A stretch of DNA of 64,000 bases from Methanomassiliicoccales archaeon PtaU1.Bin124 (GTDB lineage Archaea; Thermoplasmatota; Thermoplasmata; Methanomassiliicoccales; UBA472). The notes beneath the pieces were generated by a model. It had not been told where the DNA came from. It was given only the letters and a program-made list of their open reading frames with translations, and searched no databases. Below, piece by piece: positions 57,018 through 64,000 of this stretch (the stretch's first letter is position 1; every line of letters begins with the position of its first letter). Made by a program: the position numbers and the translations under genes. The stretch spans positions 136,573 through 200,572 of the forward strand of contig MVRC01000011.1 of assembly GCA_002067865.1 (NCBI GenBank). The letters run 5' to 3'.

Positions 57018-57983
57018 TCAGTGCCCGGAGGCCAGTATCTCCCTCACAGCCCGTTGCATAGATGCGGCGCTGTTCAACTTGGGCTCCCAGCCGATGGACT
57101 TGAGCTTGTCCAGGCCGAGGAGCATGTCCCTGACATCGCCGACCCAGCCCACACCGCCCCGCACCCCGCCGGTCCAGTCATATCGAACGTTCTTCAGGCC
57201 CATCTCCGCCACCACGATGTCGGCGATGCCCCTCACGTTCAGGCGGTCGTATGAACCGATGTTGTAGGCCTCGACCGGTCTCGCCCCGGCCCTGGCCGCC
57301 GCCAGCATGGCAGAGATGCATTCGGAGATGTGGATGTATGACTTGTTCGTGCCCGGGTCGGCCCCGAGTATCTCCAGCTTGGTCGGGTCCTGTCTCAGCT
57401 TCCTCACGAAGTCGTGCAGGACGTTATGCGTGCTGCGGGAGCCGACCACATTGGCGAAGCGGTACAGGATGGCCTCCATCTCGAAGGTGTGGGCGTAGGA
57501 GGAGATCATGGCCTCGCACGACAGCTTCGTCCCGCCATAGATCGATATGGGCATCAGGGGGCCATAGTTCTCCGGCGTCGGGATGACCGCCGCCTCTCCG
57601 TACACCGTCGAGGTGGAAGGGAAGCAGATCCCCTTGACGCCCTTCTCCCTCATCGCCTCCAGCACGTTGAACGTGACCGTGATGTTCTGATCGAAATGGG
57701 TCCTGGTGTTCTTCGGCCCCTGCCTCACGTCCGGATTGGCGGCCATGTGGAACACGACATCGACGCCGTCCATGACGTCGGCCAGCTCCTCCCTCAGGAG
57801 GTCGAGCCGCACGAAGCGGAAATCGTCGTGGGACAATGCGTCCTTCAAGAATTCCATCTTGCCGGCGGAGAGGTCGTCCACCCCGATGACCTCGTTCCCT
57901 TCCCTCAGCAGCCCATCGGTGAGATGGCTTCCGATGAACCCGGCGCATCCAGTGACCATGACGGTCTCATTGCGTAACTTCAT
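57018..57983 (-). CDS. NAD-dependent epimerase/dehydratase (GalE-like)
   Basis: TGCAGFIG, STSTVYG, YGGTK, RFANVVG. Confidence 0.9.
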   Translation of the reverse strand: MKLRNETVMVTGCAGFIGSHLTDGLLREGNEVIGVDDLSAGKMEFLKDALSHDDFRFVRLDLLREELADVMDGVDVVFHMAANPDVRQGPKNTRTHFDQNITVTFNVLEAMREKGVKGICFPSTSTVYGEAAVIPTPENYGPLMPISIYGGTKLSCEAMISSYAHTFEMEAILYRFANVVGSRSTHNVLHDFVRKLRQDPTKLEILGADPGTNKSYIHISECISAMLAAARAGARPVEAYNIGSYDRLNVRGIADIVVAEMGLKNVRYDWTGGVRGGVGWVGDVRDMLLGLDKLKSIGWEPKLNSAASMQRAVREILASGH

Positions 57984-58552
57984 CTGTTGTTCCTCCCCAT
58001 CCTCTTGTCCAGTTCGGCCACGAAGTGGCGCATCGCGTCCCCTCGGTGGGAGTATCGCCCCTTCTCTTCCAGGCCCATCTCCGCGAACGTCCTCTGCGCC
58101 CCGTCCGGCTGGAATACCGGGTCATAGCCGAACCCATCGCTCCCCCTCGGGCCCATCGTGATCTCTCCGGACGACCTTCCGGTGACGATGATCCTCTCTC
58201 CGCACAGGTGGCAGCCAATACAGCATTCGAAATGGGCCGTCCTGTCCTCCGACCCGTTGAGCAACTTCAGTATGCCGTCGTTACCGATGGTCGAGAAAAC
58301 GTAGCTGGAATAGACGCCAGGAAATCCATTGAGGGCATGGACGAAGAGGCCGGAATCGTCCAGTATGAAGTCCTCGTGGCCCTGGTCGGCGATCTGGTCC
58401 AGACAAGACCTGACGACCTCCTCCAATGTGTCGGCCTGGACCTCGTCGCAGTCGGCCTTGAGCAGGGAGACCGTGATGCCCAGCTGCCCAAGTCCATGCT
58501 GGAACTCCTGCAACTTGTGCATGTTGCCGGTGACGAGGCGCAGCTCCCTCAC
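57980..58552 (-). CDS. rdgB: non-canonical purine NTP pyrophosphatase (RdgB/HAM1)
   Basis: TGNMHK..E, DDSGL, GFGYDPVF, SHRG. Confidence 0.93.
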   Translation of the reverse strand: MRELRLVTGNMHKLQEFQHGLGQLGITVSLLKADCDEVQADTLEEVVRSCLDQIADQGHEDFILDDSGLFVHALNGFPGVYSSYVFSTIGNDGILKLLNGSEDRTAHFECCIGCHLCGERIIVTGRSSGEITMGPRGSDGFGYDPVFQPDGAQRTFAEMGLEEKGRYSHRGDAMRHFVAELDKRMGRNNR

Positions 58553-59163
58553 GTGTACCGACCCCGGTCCTCGATCTGCTTGATCTTCTTCATCACGTCG
58601 TCCCCCTTGGCGAAGTTCTTCTTGTACGAACTGAGGACGACATCATAGCAATCGAGGAAGCTGGAATGGGCCGATTGGAACGCTTCCTTCAGAAGATGAA
58701 GGTCGACGCCCATCTCCTCCAGGTCGGCGTTCTTAGTGCCGAGGGAGAAGTCGATGAGCCAGATGCGGCCTTCGTAATGGATCATGTTGGAGGTGGTGAG
58801 GTCACCGTGCGTTATCCCGCCCTGGTGCAGCAATGCCACCAGCCTGCCGATCTCCTTGCACAGCTCCCTCCTCATCTCATCATCGGAGGAGTCCAGCAGG
58901 TCCTTGACCCTCGGTCCGGACAGCTCCTGCATGACTATCTCCCCTCCGATCAGATCGATGTCATAGATGATCGGGGTCGGGACTCCCAGGCGGCGGGCCT
59001 CCTGGATGAGCCTGGCCTCGTTCCTGGTCCTGCTCACGCGCAGGCTGGCATCGAGGTCGGGATGACGGTAGCCCTTGGGCACCCTGCTCTTCATTATGAC
59101 ATGGCGCCCCATCCAAGTGCCGCGCCTGATCTCGGCCTCCGCCCCTCTTCGAATCACTTCCAC
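58549..59163 (-). CDS. bud32: KEOPS complex kinase Bud32
   Basis: GAEA, K.R.PK.YRHP.LD, HGDLTTSN, IDFSL, GVDLHLL. Confidence 0.93.
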   Translation of the reverse strand: MEVIRRGAEAEIRRGTWMGRHVIMKSRVPKGYRHPDLDASLRVSRTRNEARLIQEARRLGVPTPIIYDIDLIGGEIVMQELSGPRVKDLLDSSDDEMRRELCKEIGRLVALLHQGGITHGDLTTSNMIHYEGRIWLIDFSLGTKNADLEEMGVDLHLLKEAFQSAHSSFLDCYDVVLSSYKKNFAKGDDVMKKIKQIEDRGRYT

Positions 59164-59181
59164 GGCCAGTGGAAGGTCGCC

Positions 59182-61020
59182 CTAGGTAATAATATTTCCA
59201 ATCGGTTCGTCCGAGCTTCCTTCCTGGTGCTGATGCTCTCCATGGAATTGTCTGAGGGCGGCTCCGATGTCGTCCACCTGCTGCGGTACGAAGTCGGAGG
59301 GCAGGCCGGCCCTCACCGCATCGCCCAGGTATCGCTCATCCAGCAGGACGATGCTCGCCCTGTCGGTCTCGCTCCGAATGGCCCTGCCCGCCGCCTGGAG
59401 CACCTTGGTGATGGCCGGGTAGATGCGCACGTACATCATCGCCTTCCTGCCCCCGTGGCGCCCGCTCATCCTGGCCATAAGCTCTTCCGATTCTATGCTT
59501 GGGGGTGATAAAGGTAGGCCGGCTACGACCACGCTGGCGATGAGGTTGTCCGGGACGTCCACGCCTTCAGCGAAGGAACCCGAGGCGGTGGCCAGGAGAA
59601 GGCACGGCCTCTCTCCGCGCAGGCTCATGAGCAACGCATCCTTCTCGGCCTTGGCCATGCCCTTCCTCTCCGACAGGACCTTCTTCCCCACCGTGCTCGT
59701 CAGGTTCGCTTCCACCTTGGAGAGAAAATCATAGGAGGGCAGGAAGGCGAGCACGTTCCCCGGAACGTTGCGACAAACAAGATCCAGGCGTTCGGCCATC
59801 GCCGCGTATGTGCTATCATCCCTGCGATCGAAGCGGGACGTGACCGAATCGTCCACCAATATGAGCCGGTTCTCCTTGGGGAAGGGAGAAGTGTATCTCC
59901 TGCACACCGCCACGTCCCTGATGCCCAGCAAATCCGCGAACATCTCCGGGGGGTGCAGCGTGCCGCTCATCATGATGGCGCAACGGCACTGGTCCATCAC
60001 CGCCGAGGCGATGATCCCCGGTTCAAGATAACGGACGTGGAGCGTGCCAGTGCCGGGGTCGGCGAACCGGACCGACCGGTCGCCGTCCCTGCTCCAGGCC
60101 AGGAGGAAATCGGCCACCTCGTCCACGCTGCGGCGGATCCGGTTCCGATAATGCTCCCTTATCTGTTGGCCCAGCGAGGCCGCGTCCAGGCCGCAGGCAT
60201 CGATCAATGCCGCATCCAATCCTTCTATCGGCAACTGGGCGGTCCTCTCGAAACAGGAGCGGTCCAGATGATCGATAAGGGCCTTCAGGCCGGCCTTGAA
60301 CGTCCTATTCCCGGTCGAACGGAACGCGCCATGGGCCGTGCTGCGCTGCAGTAGGGCCGACCGGTTCTCCATGATGCGGCCAGGGAGATTGTGCGCCTCG
60401 TCCACCACCAGCACCATCTCCTCCGTCTTATGGCCGGACGCCCCCATCAGGTCACAGTCCAGGGAGAACGCCTGATTGAAATCCGCCACGACCAGCTGGG
60501 CCATCGGGACCGCCTTCCTCGCTGCCAGGTATGGGCATGCCCCCAGGCGGAGGCAGAGGCGCTGCGCCTCGGTCACGTGCAGGGGATATTCCAGCAGGCG
60601 GCGGGAGGCCTTCTCGATCCTCTCCTCTTCCAGGAAATAGCAGTCCTGGGAGTCCATACAGGGCGGCTTCCCACCAGGCTTGTTGCATAGGCACGAGTCC
60701 TCCCGCGAGATGATGTCGATCACCCCCATGCGGTTGCGCCGCCAGATGTACCTGGCCGTCTCCACGGCGGCATTGTGCTGCGATTGCCTGGCGGTCAGGA
60801 AGAACGTCACCCCGCTCTCCTGGGTCGTCTCCAGGGCGGCGGCCAATGCCACCGCGGTCTTGCCTATGCCGGTGGGCGCATGGGCCAGCAGATGGACCTT
60901 GTTCGCGACGCAGGACCTGGCGTCGTCCAGGAACTGACGCTGCCCCTCCCTCACCTGGGCGAATGGGAACAGTCCGTTCTCGATGGCAGGGGTCAATGGG
61001 AATGGTTCGTGGGCTTCCAT
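59182..61020 (-). CDS. XPD/Rad3/DinG family helicase
   Basis: HAPTGIGKT, Fe-S Cys cluster...CPY, VDEAHNL, SGTL, EGVD, Q.AGR.IR. Confidence 0.88.
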   Translation of the reverse strand: MEAHEPFPLTPAIENGLFPFAQVREGQRQFLDDARSCVANKVHLLAHAPTGIGKTAVALAAALETTQESGVTFFLTARQSQHNAAVETARYIWRRNRMGVIDIISREDSCLCNKPGGKPPCMDSQDCYFLEEERIEKASRRLLEYPLHVTEAQRLCLRLGACPYLAARKAVPMAQLVVADFNQAFSLDCDLMGASGHKTEEMVLVVDEAHNLPGRIMENRSALLQRSTAHGAFRSTGNRTFKAGLKALIDHLDRSCFERTAQLPIEGLDAALIDACGLDAASLGQQIREHYRNRIRRSVDEVADFLLAWSRDGDRSVRFADPGTGTLHVRYLEPGIIASAVMDQCRCAIMMSGTLHPPEMFADLLGIRDVAVCRRYTSPFPKENRLILVDDSVTSRFDRRDDSTYAAMAERLDLVCRNVPGNVLAFLPSYDFLSKVEANLTSTVGKKVLSERKGMAKAEKDALLMSLRGERPCLLLATASGSFAEGVDVPDNLIASVVVAGLPLSPPSIESEELMARMSGRHGGRKAMMYVRIYPAITKVLQAAGRAIRSETDRASIVLLDERYLGDAVRAGLPSDFVPQQVDDIGAALRQFHGEHQHQEGSSDEPIGNIIT

Positions 61021-61116
61021 GGTACGGGCCTAGGTCGGCCTCACATGGGGTTACTTGCGACTGGAATCAGCCTACTTCCGGCAGGATAAAATAATGGCCG
61101 AACCGCTCAAGCCTGG

Positions 61117-62346
61117 ATGACTCACCACTACTATCACGGAAGGGCCGCCGTCCTCGTGGCGTTCCTGCTCTTCCTCTCCACCCTGGTGGGCTACATCTCC
61201 CGCTCCACCATCTCGGTGGCGCTGCCTTTCATCTCCAGCGATTACGGATGGACCCCTGAGCAGCAAGGGTTCTGGGGAGGGATCCTGCTGGGCATCTTCC
61301 TCGTCGGCTACGGTATCTCCAATGTGCTGCTCAGCCCCCTCATCGATAGGTACGGCCCGCGGATGGTGCTTATCGCGTCCATGGTGATATGGTCGGTCAT
61401 CACGTTCTTCACCGGTGTCCTCGGGCTGATCTTCGGGGCGTTCATCATATTGCGGTTGTTGCTGGGCCTCTCTCAGGGCGTGCTGTTCCCCTCCGCCAGC
61501 AAGATCGCCAGGGTGCAGTTCGAGCCCAGGATGCGATCCCGGGTCAACGGCTTCTACATGAGCTCCATGTTCGTCTCCAACCTCCTGATCGGGCTGCTCA
61601 TGCTGCCTCTCATCCAGGCCACCAGCTGGCAGTTCGTCCTCTATGTCGCGGCCGGCCTCGGCCTGCTGCTGGCTGGTATCATATTCATGCGGCTCAAGGA
61701 GAACATCCAGCTGGAATTGAGGCCGAAGGGGTTGAGGGAAGCGTACACCAACATCCTGGCCGGATTGAGGGAGACGTCTCGCACCAAGGGGTTCTGGCTC
61801 GTTACAGCGGCCGATACCTCGATGAACCTGGCATGGTGGGGGCTCTCTCTCTGGCTCCCTACCTTCTTGATCGAGAGCAAGGGATTCCCGGTGGACGACC
61901 TCATCTGGGCGCTGCCGCTGATCTATGTGGGCGGCTTCCTCGGCATCTTTGTCGGTTCGTGGCTGAGCGACAGGTTGGGAAGGAGGTCGGACATCACCGC
62001 CATATTCTCTGCCAACGGCGCCGTGGCGTTGCTGATATGCCTTGTCGCCAGCAGCGAGGTGCAGGTGGTGGCCGCGTGTTTCGTCACCTTCTTCTGCATC
62101 AGCCTGTTGCCTGCCAACGCATACACGCTGCTGCAGGGCATCATCCCGGAAAGGCTCACCGGATCCTCCACCGGACTGCTCAACGGTATCTCGAACGGGT
62201 TGGGGGTGCTGGGCCCCATGATCATCGGGTTCAGCGTCGCCCTGACGGCCGGGTGGGAGGCCGGGATAGTCTTCATCGCGATCACGCAGCTTATGGCGGC
62301 CTGGTTCGTCCATTCCTTCCGGAAATATGAGATGCCAGCCGAATGA
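61117..62346 (+). CDS. MFS transporter (ACS-like)
   Basis: DRYGPRMV, LRLLLGLSQG..FP, SDRLGRR. Confidence 0.88.
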   Translation: MTHHYYHGRAAVLVAFLLFLSTLVGYISRSTISVALPFISSDYGWTPEQQGFWGGILLGIFLVGYGISNVLLSPLIDRYGPRMVLIASMVIWSVITFFTGVLGLIFGAFIILRLLLGLSQGVLFPSASKIARVQFEPRMRSRVNGFYMSSMFVSNLLIGLLMLPLIQATSWQFVLYVAAGLGLLLAGIIFMRLKENIQLELRPKGLREAYTNILAGLRETSRTKGFWLVTAADTSMNLAWWGLSLWLPTFLIESKGFPVDDLIWALPLIYVGGFLGIFVGSWLSDRLGRRSDITAIFSANGAVALLICLVASSEVQVVAACFVTFFCISLLPANAYTLLQGIIPERLTGSSTGLLNGISNGLGVLGPMIIGFSVALTAGWEAGIVFIAITQLMAAWFVHSFRKYEMPAE

Positions 62347-62383
62347 CCAATCCTTTATTGCGCAGGTAGTCGGTAAGGGGGTC

Positions 62384-63055
62384 GTGGACGTCCTCCCATT
62401 AGACTGCCCCGCCCTCGATGCCCTTCTAGGAGGCGGCATCGAGACCGGTTGCATCACTCTTCTCTACGGTGAGGCAGGCACGGGCAAGACCAACCTCTGC
62501 TTGGTATTGGCCAGCAAGGTCGCGGAACAGGGGAGGAAGGTGGTCTTCGTCGATACCGAGGGGGTCTCGATGAGGCGCTTGGAACAGGTCTCGGGTCAGG
62601 ACCCCGAGGCGGTGGCCAAGAACTTCCTGGTGTTCGAGGCGCACAGCTTCAAGGACCAGGAGACCATGGTCGACAAGGCGATCAAGCTGGCCGAGAGCTC
62701 AGTGGACGTCGGCCTGGTGGTCGTGGATTCCATGACGATGTACTACCGCCTGAGCGACAAGGAGGAGGAGCGGGCAGAGAGGCGTTCCCTCGCTAACCAG
62801 AGCGCCAAGCTTCTGACCCTCGCCCGGAAGAAAGGTGTCGCAGTATTGCTGACCTCGCAGGTCTTCCTCGACGTGGAAAGGGGAATCGTGGAGGCGCTGG
62901 GCGGAAACGTCCTGCATCACAACGCCAAGACGATCGTCAAGCTGGAAAGGGCCGGCATCGGCAAGAGGCGGGCCACCATAATGAAGCACCGTCATCTGCC
63001 GGAGGGCCGCAGCGCTGACTTCTATCTGACCGAGAGCGGCATCGCCTGCGATTGA
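62384..63055 (+). CDS. radB: DNA repair protein RadB
   Basis: LDALLGGG, YGEAGTGKTN, DTEG.S..R, KHRH; GTG start 62384. Confidence 0.92.
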   Translation: MDVLPLDCPALDALLGGGIETGCITLLYGEAGTGKTNLCLVLASKVAEQGRKVVFVDTEGVSMRRLEQVSGQDPEAVAKNFLVFEAHSFKDQETMVDKAIKLAESSVDVGLVVVDSMTMYYRLSDKEEERAERRSLANQSAKLLTLARKKGVAVLLTSQVFLDVERGIVEALGGNVLHHNAKTIVKLERAGIGKRRATIMKHRHLPEGRSADFYLTESGIACD

Positions 63056-64000
63056 TCAGCGGTCCCGGTTCACAGAGTAATCGATGAGCTGGGAGATCAT
63101 CTGCTTCTCCTTGCACTCGGGCAGGCACTGCAGCAGGCGCTTGGCCTCTGCGGTGTACTCCTTCGCCTTGGATGATACGAAATCGATGCTACCGGTGCGG
63201 CGAAGCGCCTCGATGGCCGCCTTGACCTCCTCGTCGGTGGCGTCCTCCTTGCCCAGTGCGGCGAGAAGGATATCGCGGTCCTTGCTGGGTCGCTTCAGGT
63301 TCTCCATGGCGTGGACGATGATGAGCGTCCTCTTGCCGTTGCGGATGTCGCTGCCCACTGGCTTGCCGGTCTTCTTGCTGTCGCCCAGGATGCCCAGGAC
63401 GTCGTCCCAGATCTGGAACCCGATGCCGAAGAGGCGGGCGCACTCCTTCATGTCCTTTATCTGCCTCTCGCTTCCCCCGCCGATGATGGCGCCTCCCTCG
63501 GCGGCGCAGGCGAACAGAACGGCGGTCTTCTTCTCCACCATCTCCAGGTATTCCTCGACCCCGACCGTCTGGCGGCCCTCGAAATCGATGTCCATCTGCT
63601 GCCCTTCGGCGATCAGGTAGACCGTCTCGGAGACGGTGTGGACCAGCGCGCGCAGCGCCTCTCCGTCCACCTCAGACTCACTGAGAATGTCGTAGGCACG
63701 TGCGAACAGCGCATCGCCGGCGATGATGGCGGTCGGTTCGTCGAACAGGACGTGGACGGCCGGCCTCCCCCTCCGCACGGGGTCCTTGTCCATCACGTCA
63801 TCGTGGACCAGCGTGAAATTGTGAATGATCTCCAGGCAGCAGCCGAAGGGTACGGCCTTCTTGCTGTTGCGGCCGATGGCCTCGGCCACCATCATGGCCA
63901 GGATGGGCCTCATCCTCTTGCCCCCGCCCTCGGGGTAATGCTTCATCGCCTGCCGCAGCTTGGCGTACTTGCCGTACTCCAGGTAGTTCATTATGCTCTC
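63056..64000 (-). CDS. idsA: geranylgeranyl diphosphate synthase (IdsA family), probably 5'-truncated by the window edge
   Basis: GGKRMRP, LVHDDVMDKD..RRG, GQQMD, FQIWDDVL; frame stays open to position 64000. Confidence 0.9.
   Translation of the reverse strand, partial: ESIMNYLEYGKYAKLRQAMKHYPEGGGKRMRPILAMMVAEAIGRNSKKAVPFGCCLEIIHNFTLVHDDVMDKDPVRRGRPAVHVLFDEPTAIIAGDALFARAYDILSESEVDGEALRALVHTVSETVYLIAEGQQMDIDFEGRQTVGVEEYLEMVEKKTAVLFACAAEGGAIIGGGSERQIKDMKECARLFGIGFQIWDDVLGILGDSKKTGKPVGSDIRNGKRTLIIVHAMENLKRPSKDRDILLAALGKEDATDEEVKAAIEALRRTGSIDFVSSKAKEYTAEAKRLLQCLPECKEKQMISQLIDYSVNRDR

Overview
Archaeal chromosomal window, most likely from a Methanomassiliicoccales (Thermoplasmata) methanogen. This is inferred from the mtaCB/ramA genes, two MtaA-type methyltransferases, DUF835 proteins and the archaeal lipid and translation genes. 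The backbone is housekeeping: vorABC, GGGP/DGGGP/GGPP synthases, radA, radB, XPD-like helicase, cca, the rpl44e-rps27e-eIF2a-nop10-PAC2 cluster, rpiA, bud32, rdgB, an intron-containing tRNA-Tyr and tRNA-Pro. It also holds the methanol methyltransferase system (mtaC-mtaB, convergent ramA, and a CobW-like GTPase with a His/Cys-tailed partner). Most notable: (1) at 10.4-16.5 kb, an MtaA paralog sits with a cysteine-less DUF4258/DVU_1557-like fusion, a tetraether-synthase-superfamily (TrsS-like) radical SAM enzyme, a membrane zinc-ribbon protein, DUF169 and a PaaK-like ligase, next to a NikR-controlled ZnuABC-type importer whose binding protein has a large inserted domain; (2) a DUF835 (inactive KaiC-like) two-component module with a sensor-less kinase and a REC-PAS-DUF835-wHTH regulator beside a second mtaA; (3) a lower-GC block at the 3' end of tRNA-Pro containing citrate synthase and a glnA interrupted by one in-frame TGA exactly at a conserved Cys. 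No CRISPR array, rRNA, transposase or integrase was seen. Family names are from motif recognition and memory, not database searches.
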